A stretch of DNA of 64,000 nt, from positions 145,823,415-145,887,414 of the forward strand of contig NC_092375.1 in assembly GCF_030028105.1 (NCBI RefSeq). Reading direction: 5' to 3'. This document shows positions 38,396-51,600 of this stretch, one piece after another (positions within the stretch are counted from its first letter, which is position 1; each line of letters begins with the position of its first letter). The notes beneath the pieces are model-generated. The model ran no database searches and was not told the DNA's origin. It saw only the letters and a program-made list of their open reading frames with translations. Source of the DNA: Mobula birostris (taxonomy: Eukaryota). The position numbers and the translations under genes are program-made.

Positions 38396-39879
38396 GAATT
38401 TCTTCCACTCAAGTCAAATGTGGTGCAGAAACTTTAGAGATTGTAACATCCAGTCCTATTAATCAAACTGTGGTTGCACATCCCCTGTGAAGAGCTGGGA
38501 ACAAAGCAGCACCTTGCTGACAGTAAAAATCATGACGGGAGTTAAAGAGGATATTTTCCGCACAGCAAGTTGTGATAATCTAGAATGTACTGTTTGCATC
38601 TCAGAGTTGAAATGGATTACTGGTTAGTTTCAAAAGAGAATCATATATCTACATGAAAAAGAAATGACACTGCATTCTCGGGGCAAGACATGATTGAACG
38701 TTTCAGTGATATGGAGATGAAATAGGAGTAGAGGTTGGCAAGGTCAACTGACAGCTGTGTAATAATAAATCTTCCATCACAGCATAAAAAATACATTCAT
38801 ATTTTCATTCACCTATGTTCAAGAATAAACAAATCTATAAAGTGCTGCCCAAGAGTTGACAATACTTTGTTCTCTTTTGTTGTTTGGCTGGAATTCTCTG
38901 CTCCCCTAATGACAATATTGTTGAACATTTCCAAAGCTTTCCCCTGCTTTACAAATCAACACATTGAAGCATGTACTCAGCACTATAACCAAAAAAATGT
39001 TATATTTTACTTATTTATATTGTTAGGGTGTACGTTGTGTCCGCAGAGGGTAGCACCTCTGGTGAAGAAGCTTGTTGTGTCCATTCTGAGGCAGTTCTCT
39101 CACCTTTGGTCTCCATTCAGCACTCAGCACTCACCTGTGGCACCTGGTATGTTGTCTGTATGTTCTATACACCTCAGTACACTGCTTCACCAGGCAGACT
39201 AAACCAGGTGAGGGTAGCTGGTGGGCCTCATATCCAGTAAGATTAAGGTCATGCCTGTCCTAGCAGGCACAGTCAGCTCCAGCAGACCAGACATATGAAA
39301 TTAATCGTGTGATCCAGTGGCCAGGAAGGCGATTCTGGCACTCCTTGTGGAGAATAAAGAGCATGACGAGGCACAGGAAGAATCACATTCCCATGGCACA
39401 TCATCATATTCTCCACTTGGCTGGATGAGTGGAGCTCCAACATCTCTCAATAAGTTTAACACTATCAAAGTATTCTTCTTGGTTGGCAGATTACCAATTA
39501 TCTGAAATGTTCATTCAGAGCATTGATACATAGTGGCTGCAGTGTGTATCATCTACAAAAATACACTGCAGATACGTGCCCTGGCTGCTCTGATAATATT
39601 TCCCAAAGGACAGGGGAATATTACCATCTTTATTTTCCCTTCCACATCACATAGCTCACTGATTTGGAAACCTATCACTCGTCCTTCATCACCACTGGGT
39701 TTAAATCCTGAAACTCCCTGCTAACAGCTTTGTTGGAGAACATCACTAGATCGCAGGGATTTAGAAAACTGTTCACCTCCATTTTCTCTCGGGTAGTTAG
39801 GGATGGATATTGAACGTTGGTCTTGCCAGCAACACCAGATCATGAGAAATAAATAATTTTTTAAAGAAGTTATTGAATC

Positions 39880-40150
39880 ATTGAAGTATACAGTGAAATG
39901 TATCATTTGCAGCAACAATCAACACAGTTTGGGGATGTACTGAGGTCTGGCACATGTCACCAGTGCCAGCATAGCATGCCCAAAACTTACTCACCTGTAG
40001 GCCTTTGGAATGTGGGAGGAAACTAGAGAATCAGGAGGAAACCACGATAATCAGGTGAATAAACAAACTTGTTAAGGACAGCGTGGGTACTGAACCTGAA
40101 TCACTGGTACTGTATTGCATTACGCTAACACCTATGCTACTGTGCTGCTC
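39880..40150 (-). mobile_element. V-SINE/HE1-like SINE (empty site of the RTE nest)
   Basis: Joins the sequences found at 5200-5397 and 22078-22175. Confidence 0.55.
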
Positions 40151-40539
40151 CAGAATCTGCGGCTGGATATTGAAAGAAGTTTTGTTGAAACATCTCTCTG
40201 ACAGACGCCATCTCCCGGTCCCCACAGAGAGCCAGATTCAATAGCTCGGGTGTTTGCACCTCCTCTCTCCTCTCTCATCGGTTTCCTCTGGGTGACTTAA
40301 TTTCCTCCTACATCACAAAGCTGTGCAGATTGGTACATTAATTGGCCATTGCAAGTTGTTTCTGACGTGTAAATTTTGGTATAACTCAGGACATATCTCG
40401 GCACCGCGACTTTTTGGAACCCTAGAATGATCCCTAGCAGAGAATGAAAAAGGCTGATTTCCTGCCTTGTAGAATTAAATTGCCTGCTGCAAAACAAAAA
40501 CAATCACTGGATCGCTGACACGTCTCGTATCCTCAGGTG

Positions 40540-40645
40540 CTTTTTCAGCATTCACGGGACATATGTTGTTTTCTGCTGACCTCAGGTTTGCGTCATTTAC
40601 ATTACAAAGACCTTGCTGTAAATGCCTTTCTGTCCAGTATATAAA
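40540..40645 (+). promoter_or_regulatory. Gamma-crystallin gene 2 proximal promoter
   Basis: TGCTGACCTCAG at 40574-40585, ACAAAG at 40604-40609, TATATAAA at 40638-40645. Confidence 0.7.
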
Positions 40646-40695
40646 TACCCAGTTACAGTTACATGTAGTCAGTTGGTTATTGACCGTACACCACA

Positions 40696-40704
40696 ATGGG
40701 AAAG
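40696..40704 (+). CDS. cryg: Gamma-crystallin gene 2, exon 1 (MGK)
   Basis: ATG GGA AAG|GCAAGA, followed by an 84-nt GC-AG intron. Confidence 0.88.
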
Positions 40705-40788
40705 GCAAGACCACTTTTCATTTTGTGAATTATATTGTAACCATCATTTGTCCCCAGTCTGATTTAAACTATTTATTTCTTCCCACAG

Positions 40789-41031
40789 ATCATCTTCTAT
40801 GAGGACAGGAACTTCCAGGGTCGGCACTATGAGTGCAGCTCCGACTCTGCCGACCTCTCCCCTTACTTCAGCCGCTGTAACTCCATCCGTGTCGAGAGTG
40901 ACTGGTGGGTGTTGTACGAGAGACCCAACTACATGGGATACCAGTATGTCCTGAGCAGGGGAGAGTATCCTGAATACCAGCGCTGGATGGGATTTAATGA
41001 CTGTATCAAGTCCTGTCGCAGCTACCCACCT
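40789..41031 (+). CDS. cryg: Gamma-crystallin gene 2, exon 2
   Basis: cacag|[40 protein letters not shown]...SCRSYPP|gtaagt; 243 nt, open. Confidence 0.97.
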
Positions 41032-43019
41032 GTAAGTTGCTGTTGGTGACTGAGGTATTCCAAGCCACTTGGCACACTGCTAGAAAATGACTGACATTTG
41101 CAATAATTACACTTGAGCACAAGCACGTTCTCTGAAATGTTATGCTGATGTGAAAATGCTAGAGTTAGCTGCTGGCATTTGAAGTCAAGTTTGGAGTCAG
41201 TAGGTACTTGTTGAAGGAGTCAATAGAAATGGTACAGGAAAGTAGTGAATCTGGTGTGAAGGATGAATGACCGATTGCTTTTGACAGACGGAGATGTATC
41301 CGTGATTGTGAGGGCACTGGGTAAAGAATGGGAATCGGGTTTATTATCACTGGCGTATGCATCACTGGCTTTTTATGCTGAACCGATGTCTACACATAAG
41401 ATGCTGGAGGAACTCAGCCAGTCAGGCAGCATTTATCAGTCCTGATAAACAGCCTCAAACTGAAATGTCTCCACAGACACTGCCTGACCCTTTGAGTTCC
41501 TCCAGCATTTTGTGTGCTGATCCAGATTCCAGAAGCTGGTCTGCTCTGTGTGCCCTTTATTGAAGTCTATTTGGGCCACAGAAAATACTTGGTCAGTTTG
41601 TGCTAGTTTTATCGAACATTATGTAGCAGCTGGACATTGATGACTCAGACCTCAGTAAAACAAAAATCACAAAATTTGAAAAATGGATCGGAGGGTTATG
41701 AGTCAAACATAGGGAAATGGGAGATGGACATCTTGTTCAGCATGGACCAGTTGGTGTGAGGAGTCTCTTTCTGTGCTGCGTTAGCCTGTAATTCACTTGA
41801 TGTACTGTAATCCACCAAGAGCAGGAACATGGAACATAGAATGTGAATATGTACTGCGCAGTACAGGTCCTTCAGCCCATGATTTAGTGCCAGTCTTTTA
41901 AATTTATCAAATGCCAACCTAACTCTTCCCTCCCACATAGCCCTCCATTTTTCTTTCAGTCATGTGTCCATCGAAATGTCACTTAAATGTTCCTAAACCA
42001 TCAGCCTCTATCACCACACCTGGCAGTGTTCCATCCACTTACAACTGTCTGTTTAAAGAAGTTATCTGTGACATCCCCCACCCCTGCACATCTCCCCAGA
42101 TTCTTTAAAATGATATGCCTTCCTGTTTGCCACTTCCTCCCTGGGAAAAAGTCTCTGACTGTCCACTGTCTATTCCTCTTATCATCTCATGATAATAAGG
42201 TTTGGCCAGAAAAGAATTCCATCTATCAAGTCTTCAGTGGGACAAATGGCTTCTTTTCATGAATTATGTGATAATTGATTCATAATAAAACAATTATAAT
42301 AAATCAGGCTTCCTGTGGGCTGCATTACAAAAATCTGCCTGATATTGCATGATTTCAGAGAACCACAGTAAGGTTAAAGCATGGAGTGAGGCTGTTTGGC
42401 CCATTGAAGCCATGTTAGTTCAATGTTGAAGCAATCTGCCCTCTCCCATAAGTTGAAAATTCTTTCAAGATCATCTGGTTCACTTTTGTCAGGTAATGAG
42501 TTCCAATAAAGTAAGTCAGACTCCAGATGATACCTAGGTTGAAATAAGAGATGGTGGTGTAATTGTTTCCAACAATCACACGCTATGTACAGTTTATTTA
42601 TGGCTCTGACAGAGAGGAAGTGAGGAATGAAGAATCTGAAATGCTCAGATCAATTTGCATTACTTTTTATATTAGCAACTCAACCGATTTATAGACACAG
42701 ACCAGCACCTACTGTAAATTAATTTACTTTGATGCTTTTACACGTTTTACATTAATTACATCATGTTATCTCTAATGGAACTAATCCTGTTAACTGTAGA
42801 AACAATGAACTACATCAATCTTAAACATGATTGTCTAACTGCCCTCAATGTAGAGATAAATTTTCTTATTATTATTTCATTAGGGATAGTCCAGAAATAT
42901 AATTAATTATTATCATTGCTGAGATTTGGTACTATTGCATCTATGTAAAAAATCTACCTTAATTAGATACATTTTTGACATGATCGTACTGTGTTAAGCA
43001 ATAAAATCCTTTATTCCAG

Positions 43020-43295
43020 TACCGAGGAGGCACCTACAGGATGAGGATTTACGAGAGGCCTGACTTTGGAGGGCAGATGATGGAATTCATGGACGACTGT
43101 TCCTCAGTCTACGATCGTTTCCGTTACCGTGACATCCACTCCTGTCAGGTGATGGATGGTTACTGGATCTTCTATGAACATCCCAACTACAGAGGCCGAC
43201 AGTACTTCCTGAGACCCGGGGGATACAGGAGATACAGTGACTGGGGTGGCTGCAACTCAATGATCGGGTCCTTCAGGCGAATGAGGGACTTCTAG
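43020..43295 (+). CDS. cryg: Gamma-crystallin gene 2, exon 3
   Basis: ttccag|[23 protein letters not shown]...GSFRRMRDF*; 276 nt. Confidence 0.97.
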   Translation, partial: YRGGTYRMRIYERPDFGGQMMEFMDDCSSVYDRFRYRDIHSCQVMDGYWIFYEHPNYRGRQYFLRPGGYRRYSDWGGCNSMIGSFRRMRDF

Positions 43296-43341
43296 TTGGC
43301 TCTCAATCACCAGCATATTATTCTGAAAACGGATTTCAGAA

Positions 43342-43347
43342 AATAAA
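43342..43347 (+). terminator. Polyadenylation signal, gene 2
   Basis: AATAAA about 45 nt after the stop codon. Confidence 0.75.
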
Positions 43348-44574
43348 ATAACCTTTGCAAGACCATTGTTATTGTAATTCATTTATTTTCATGTTGCTAT
43401 AACATTGCGTTAACTATACAAAACAGCAATGGTACCTGAGTCCTGTGTGGAGGCTTTGACCCATATTGACCTTAACTCAGGATTATTTCTCATCTTAGCT
43501 GCTGTCATTGTGGAGATAAATTTTATCCAGAGGCATGCTGAATATGTAATTCATTATTGATCAGGTCATCTTTTCCTATTGAGAGGATAGTGATAAATTG
43601 TCACACTTCTGTGGATTCCTGCACTTATGGAGAGATACAACATGGAAACAAGCCCTTTGGCCCACTGAGTCAGTATTGAACATCAACTACCCACTTACAC
43701 TAATCCTTCATTGATTTCACTTTTACAATCTCCACATATTCTCATCTTTTCTCCAAATTGTAGTCACCGACACACAACGGACAACACATATTACCATACA
43801 GCTCACCGCTCAGGTATAGAAGGAAACCAGAACACCTAGAAAAAAAAACCCTGGGCTTAAAATGAGAATGTGCAAACGCCTCACAGACATCACTTAGGTG
43901 CTGACATGGTGAGGCGGTAGTTCTACCAGATGTACCATTGCACCGCCTCTTCTCACCTGTTGCAAAGTCGATGCATACCCTTCATTTTTGCATTAGTGTT
44001 TTTAATTTGCTATACTTAATGTGAATTTTGTCACAATCTACTAATTAGAGAGACTCCCCTTTCCCATATAATGTTTCCTTCCAACCAATTTCCTACCATG
44101 TTGCAGGGATAGTCCCAATTCCAAGCAATTTTATTTGGATTATGATTTGTGAGGGATAAATGCAGTTTGGAAGCTGACATTGACAGCTATCTGTCATGCA
44201 AGTAGCCTTGAACTGTAAGATAGAGGGGATGTAGCCAGTATACAAAAAAGGGGAGGAAAGGATGGCAGACAATCTATTTGAAGGGATGAGTGAAAGTCTC
44301 AAGGACTTTCGTGCATTTGGTGATGGTGAGTTTTTAAAGGAAGTCAGAAAGTTAAAGAGTAAGAACTATAGTTATAGTGATATGGGTAAGATCAGACTGT
44401 GAAAAGGGTAGACCTCCAACTAGACACAGAAAAGGGGAAAATGGAAAAACATCCAAAATTGAAATCTGTTATCTGAACGCATAAAATATCTCACCACCAT
44501 CCCTCGCTTCTCACCTTTCTTCCTGCTCAGATTCTAGCAGTTGCAGACTTTTGTATCTCCACATATCACATGTC

Positions 44575-47500
44575 CATATAACCATATAACCATGTAACAG
44601 TTACAGCACACAAACAGGCCATCTCGGCCCTTCTAGTCCATGCCGAACGCTTACTCTCACCTGGTCCCACCAACCTGCACTTAGCCCATAACCCTCCATT
44701 CTTTTCCTGTCCATATAGCTATCCAATTTTACTTTAAATGACAATATCGAACCTGCCTCAACCACTTCTGCTGGAAGCTCATTCCACACAGCTACCACTC
44801 TCTGAGTAAAGAAGTTCTCCCTCATGTTACCCCTAAACTTTTGCCTCCTAACTCTCAACTCATGTCCTGTTGTTTGAATCTCCCCTACTCTCAATGGAAA
44901 AAGCCTATCCACATCAACTCTATTTATCCCCTTCATAATTTTAAGTACCTCTATTAAGTCCCCCCTCAACCTTCTACGCTCCAAAGAATAAAGACCCAAC
45001 TTGTTCAACCTTTCTCTGTAACTTAGGAGCTCAAACCCAGGTAACATCCTAGTAAATCTTCCCTGTACTCTTTCTATTTTGTTGACACCTTTTCTATAAT
45101 TCGGTGACCAGAACTGTACACAATACTCCAAATTTGGCCTTACCAATGCCTTGTACAATTTCAACATTACATTCCAACTCCTATACTCAATGCACTGATT
45201 TATAAAGGCCAGCATACCAAAAGCTTTCTTCACCACCCTATCCACATGAGATTCCACCTTCAGGAAACTATGCATCATTATGCAACAGTAAGGGCAAAAA
45301 GACCCTAATAGGTGTTATCTACAGGCCCCCAAACAGTAGCATGGATATTGGGTGCAAGTTGAATAGGGAGTTAACAATGGCATGTGGCAAAGGAAATGTC
45401 GCAGTAGTTATGGGGGATTTCAACATGCAAGTGAACTGGGAAAATCAGGTTGGTACTGGACCCTAGGATAGGGAGTTTGTAGAGTGCCTACGGGATGCAT
45501 TTTTGGAACAGCTTGTATGAGAGCCGACCAGGGATAAGGCTATTCTGGATTTAGTGTAGTGCAATGAACAGGATTTGATGTGATCTTGAAGTAAAGGAGC
45601 CATTAGGAGGTAGTGACCATAATATGATAAGTTTTTATCTGCAAGCTCAGAGGGATAAGGGCAGATCAGAAGTGTCAGTATTGCAGTTGAACAAAGGAGA
45701 CTATGGAGCCATGAGGGAGATGCTGGCCAAAGTTGACTGGTCAGATATCCTAGCAGAAAAGACAGTGGAACAGCAATGGCAGGTACTCTTGGGAAAAATG
45801 CACAAGGTGCAAAATCAGTTCATCCCCCGGAGAAGGAAGGATTCAAAGGGGGGGAAAGTGGCCACAGTGGTTGACAAAGGAAGTCAGAGATAGCATAGCA
45901 TTAAAAAAGAAGTATAACAGAGCTAAGGTGAGTGGGAAGACGGATGATTGGGAAATTTTTAAGGAGCAACAGAACTTAACTAAAAAGGCAATATGGGGAG
46001 AAAAAATGAGGTATGAACGTAAGCTAGCTAGGAATATAAAGGAGGATAGCAAAAGTTTTTTTAGGTATGTGAAGAGAAGGAAGATAGCTAAGAACAATTT
46101 TGGGCCCTTGAAGAATGAATTGGGAGAAATTATTATGAGAAACAGAGAAATGGCAGACGAATTTAATAAGTACTTTGGATCTGTCTTCACTAGGGAAGAC
46201 ACAAGCAATCTCCCAGATGTATGGATGGGCCAAGGACATATGGTAACAGAGGAACTGAGACAGATTGACATTAGGAAGGAAACGGTGATGAGAAGACTGA
46301 TGGGACTGAAGGGTAATAAATCCCCAGGTCCAGATGGTCTGCATCCTAGGGTACTAAAGGAGGTGGCTCTGGAAATTGCAGATGCATTGATGATCATTTT
46401 CCAATGTTCCTTAGATTCAGGATCAGTTCCTGAGGATTGGCGAATGGCTAATGTTATCCCACTTTTTAAGAAAGGAGGGAGGGAGAAAACAGAGAACTAT
46501 CTCCCTGTTAGCCTAACATCAGTAGTGGGGAAGATGCTAGAGTCCATTATTAAAGATGAAATAGCGGCATATCTTGATAGCAGTGATAGGATTGGGTCGA
46601 GCCAGCATGGATTTACCAAGGGCAAATCATGCTTGACTAATCTATTGGAGTTTTTCGAGGATGTAACCAGGAAGATAGACGCGGGAGATCCAGTGGATGC
46701 GGTGTACCTTGACTTTCAGAAGGCATTCGATAAGGTACCACATAGGAGATTGGTGGGTAAAATCAGAGCTCATGGCATTGGGGGGAGGATATTGACATGG
46801 ATAGAAAACTGGTTGGTAGATAGAAGCAAAGGGTAGCAGTGAATGTGTGTTTCTCAGAATGGCAGGTGGTGACTAGTGGGGTGCCACAGGACTTGCTATT
46901 GGGACCACAGCTGTTTACGATTTATGTCAGTGATTTAGAGGAAGGCATTGTGAATAACATCAGCAAGTTTGCTGATGATACTGAGCTGGGTGGCAGTGTG
47001 AGATGTGATGAGGATGTTAGGAGAATTCAAGGTGACTTGGATAGGCTGAGTGAGTGGGCAGAAACTTGGCAGATAGCGTTTAATGTGAATAAGTGTGAGG
47101 TTATTCACTTTGGGAGCAAGAACAGGAAGGCAGATTATTATCTGAACGGTGTGGAGTTAGGTAAGGGAGGAATACAAAGAGATCTAGGAGTACTTGTTCA
47201 TCAGTCTCTGAAGGTGAATGAGCAAGTGCAGCAGGCAGTGAAGAAGGCTAATGGAATGTTGGCCTTTATTACAAAGGGAATTGAGTACAAGAGCAAGGAA
47301 ATCCTTTTGCATTTGTACGGGGCCCTGGTGAGATCACACCTGGAGTATTGTGTGCAGTTTTGGTCTCCAGGGTTAAGGAAGGACATCCTGGTTATGGAGG
47401 AGGTGCAGCGTAGGTTCACTAGGTTAATTCCTGGGATGTCTGGACGGTCTTACGCAGAGAGGTTAGAGAGACTGGGCTTGTACATGCTGGAATTAAGGAG

Positions 47501-48345
47501 ATTGAGGGGGGATCTGATTGAGACATATAAGATTATTAAGGGATTGGACAAGATAGAGGCAGGAAATATATTCCAGATGCTGGGAGAGTCCAGTACCAGA
47601 GGGCATGGTTTAAGAATAAGGGGTAGGTCATTTAGGACAGAGTTGAGGAGGAACTTTTTCTCCCAGAGAGTTGTGGAGGTGTGGAACGCGCTGCCTCAGA
47701 AGGCAGTGGAGGCCAATTCTCTGGATGCTTTCAAGAAGGAGCTAGATAGGTATCTTATGGGTAAGGGAATAAAGAGTTATGGGGACAAGGCAGGAACCGG
47801 GTATTAATAGTAGATGATCAGCCATGATCTCAGAATGGCGGTGCAGGCTCGAGAGGCCGAATGGTCTGCTTCTGCACCTATTGTCTATTGTCTATTATTC
47901 CTAGATCCCTCTGTTCTACTGCATTCTTCAATGCCCTACCATTTACCATGTATGTCCTGTTTTGATTAGTCCTACCGAAATGTAGCATCTCACATTTATC
48001 AGCATTAAACTCCATCTGCCATCTTTCAGCCTACTCTTCTAAGTGGCCTAAATCTCTCTGCAAGCTGTGAAAACCTACTTCATTATCCACAACGCCACCT
48101 ATCTTAGTATCTTCTGTATACTTACTAATCCAATTTACCACCCCATTATCCAGAGGCACACCACTAGTCACCGGCCTCCAATCTGACACACAGTTATCCA
48201 CTACTACTCTCTGACGTTTCCCATCCAGCCACTGCTGAATCCATTTTACTATTTTAATATTAATACCTAACGATTGAACCTTCCTAACTAACCTTCCGTG
48301 TGGAACCTTGTCAAAGACCTTACTGAAGTCCATATAGACAACATC
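44575..48345 (-). mobile_element. 5'-truncated CR1 LINE, split by a second CR1 (pieces 44575-45280 and 47897-48345)
   Basis: ORF fragments MDFSKVFDKVPH and LYKALVRPNLEYCVQFWSP; 3' tail (ATGGTTAT)n at 44575-44595. Confidence 0.88.
45281..47896 (+). mobile_element. 5'-truncated CR1 LINE (APE + RT) nested antisense in another CR1
   Basis: Motifs MGDFN, KSPGPDG, YLDFQKAFDKVPH and SKFADDT; 3' tail (CTATTGT)n at ~47878-47896. Confidence 0.9.
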
Positions 48346-48639
48346 TTAGCTTAGACATGTCTCTTGTTCAGCATGGATGAATTGGGTTGTATATGAGAAG
48401 TAATTTCACAGAACTATCAGAACCATGGAGATCATAAATATTGACATTTGTCCTCAGCAGATTCATTGGAAATGCATTTCAGTAAAGGAGCTCAGTGCCA
48501 CACAATGGACACAATAACTCTAGAGGCAAACAACCAATTTCCCCATATTTTAGAGGAGGCAACTCACAGGTCCGAGAGTGAGATTTAAAAAAGAATGTTG
48601 TGGGCCTTCTCAGAGTTTTTCCGGCAGCCTAATCAAATT

Positions 48640-51600
48640 GCAATTCATTAGCAAGGGTAAATAAAATTAAGGCAAGGACAAGCAGAGAGGTTATTGTTCG
48701 AGTGGACCAGTGTTAGAGTGGGAAGGCTGTAGATTATCAAACTTCAGTGACAACAGGCTTGGGCAGGGATCGTATCTGCAAAGTTTCTTCTTCTTCTTTA
48801 TTCTTTGTCTTTTAGTACATTGTTAGAGCAGTGGGGATGGCTCCAAGGCCTTTGTTGTGTGCCTTGTGAGAGATGTGGGAAGTCTAGGAGACCTCCAGCT
48901 TTCCGAATAACCACAACGGCACCAGCTGCTCCGGACTGCAGCTCCTCAGAGAAAATCTTGAGGAACTGGAGCTGCAGTTCGATGACCTTTGGCTCATTCG
49001 GGAAACTAAGGAGACGGTGGATAGGAGCTACAGGGAGGTAGTCACCCCTAAGTTGCAGGAGGCAGTTACCTGGGTGAGTGTCAGGAGAGGGAAAAGATAT
49101 GGGTAGCCAGTGCAGAGTACCTCTGTGGCTGTTCCCCTCAATAGTAAGTATACTATTTTGGATATTGTTGGGGGGATGATCTACCAAGGGGAAGCCACAG
49201 TGAATGGGTCTCCAGCGATGAATTTGGTACTGTGGTTCAGAAGGGAAGTGGGAGAAGAGAACTGCAGTAGTGATAGGGGATTCCATAGTTAGAGGGGTAG
49301 ACACGAGACTCTGTGGATGTGATAAGGACACCCAGATGGTATGTTGCTTCCCAGGTGCCTGGTTCAGGGATGTCTCGATCGTGCACATATTGGCACCAAA
49401 GATGTAGATAGGAAAAGGGAGGAAGTCCTGAAAGGAGAACTAAGGGAGCCAGGTAGAAAGCAGACAAGGAAAGCAGACCTTCAGGATAGTAACCTATGGA
49501 TATTTGCCTGTGTCAAGCGCCAGTAAGGATAAGAATAGGATGATTTGGTAGATGAATGCGTGGCTGAGAAACTGGTGCAGGGGGCAGGATTTCAGATTTC
49601 AGGATCATTTGGATCTCTGCTGGGATCTGTATGACCTGTACAAAATGGACAAGTTGCTCCTGAACATGAGGGGGACCAATATCCTTTTGGGCAGCTTTGT
49701 TAGAAGTGTTGGAAAATGGTTAAACTAATTTGGCAGACAGATAGGGCTGGAGATGGGGTATACAAGCACAGGCCGGGTGTAGTGAGACTGTCAGGAAGGA
49801 CGGGCTGATGATGGGACAGAAGTGCGGTCAGTGGAATGAGTTGTGGTGTAACAGGAGGACAAAATCAAATAGGGTGATGAATACAGGACTGAAGCATTAT
49901 ATTTGAGTGCATGCAGTATATGAAATAAGGTCGATGATCTTGTAGTGCAGTTAGATATTGGCAGGTATGACATTGTCAGATTCACTGAGTCGTGGCTGAA
50001 AGAGGATTATAGTTGGGAGCTTAACACCCAAGGATACACATTGTATCGAAAGAACAGGCAGGTAGGCAGAAGAAATAGCAGGGCTCTGTTGGCGACAAAT
50101 GACATCAAATCCTTGATGCAGGATCAGAAGATGTAAAATTGTGGGTAGAGTTAAGGAACTGCAAAGATAAAAAGAACCTGATGGGAGTTACATACAAGCC
50201 TCTGAAAAGTAGCCAGGACGTGGGCTGCAAATTACACTGTGAGATAGAAAATGCATGCCAAATAGGCAATGTTATGATAGCCATAGGAGATTTCAATATG
50301 CAGGTAGATTGGGAAAATCAAGTTGGAGTTGATTTTGGATCCCAAGAGAGGGAATTTGTAGAATGCCTACAAGATGGCTTTTTAGAGCAGCTTGTGGTTG
50401 AGCCAATAGGGGATCAGTTATTCTGGATTGGGTGTTGTGGAATGAACTAGATTTGATTAAGGAGCCTAAGGTAAAGGGACACTTAGGAGACGGTGATCAT
50501 AATGTGATAGAATTCATCCTGCAAGTTGAGAGGGAGAAGCTAAAGTCAGATTTCTCAGTATTACAGTGGAGTAAAAGGAATTGCAGAGGCATGAGAGAAG
50601 AGCTGGCCAAAGTTGATGGGAAGAGGATTCTAGCAAGGTTGACAACAGAGCAGCAATTGCTGGAGCTTCTGGGAGCAATTCGGAAGGCATTGGATAGATG
50701 CATGCAAAAGAAGAAGTATTTGAAAGGCAGGATGACAAAACTGTATTTAGGAGGGAAGTCAAAGCCAACATAAAAACAAAAGAGAGGACATATAATAGAG
50801 TAAAAATTAATGGGAAGTTAGAGGACTGAGATGATTTTCAGAACCAACAGAAGGCAACAAAAAGCCACAAGAAGGTGAAATATAAAGGTAAGCTAGCTAG
50901 TAATATCAAGGAGTATACCAAAAGCCTTTTCAGATATATAAAGAGTAAAAAAGAGGCAAGAGTAGATATTGGATCGCTAGAAGGCGACAGTGGAGAGATA
51001 GTAATAGGGGACAAAGAAAGGGCAGGTGAACGGAATAAGTATTTTGCATCATTTTTCACCGTGAAAGATATTAGCAATATGCCAGAGGTTCGAGAGTGTC
51101 GGGGGAAGAAGCGTGTTAAGTTTCTGTTACTAGGGAGAAGGTGCTTGGGAAGCTGAAAGGTCTGAAAATAGATAAGTCACCTGGACCAGATGAACAACAT
51201 CTGAGGGTTCTGAAAGAGGTATTTAAAGAGATTATGGAAGTATTAGTAATGATCTTTCAGGAATCACTAGTTTCTGGCATGGTTCTGAAGAATTGGAACA
51301 TTGCAAATGTTACTCCACTCTTCAAGAAGGGAAGGAGGCAGAAGAAAGGAAATTATAGGCCAGTTAACCTGACCTCAGTAGCTAGGAAGACATTGAAGTC
51401 GATTGTTTAGGATGAGGTTTCGTGGTACTTGGTGGCACATGATAAGATGGGTCAACGTCAGCATGGTTTCCTTACGGAAAAAAAATTGTCTGACAAATCT
51501 GTTGGAATTCTTTGAGAAAATGACAAAGGAGAATTGGTAGATGTTGTGTATTTGAATTTTCAAAAGGCCTTTTACAAGGTGCCACATATGAGACTGTTTA

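Larger units (their letters stand above)
29698..44575 (+). repeat. Segmental duplication copy B (paralog of 1-5397 + 22078-~27500)
   Basis: Collinear similarity across the LTR relic, exon-3 relic, Gypsy, spacer, SINE, crystallin gene and 3' flank. Confidence 0.95.
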
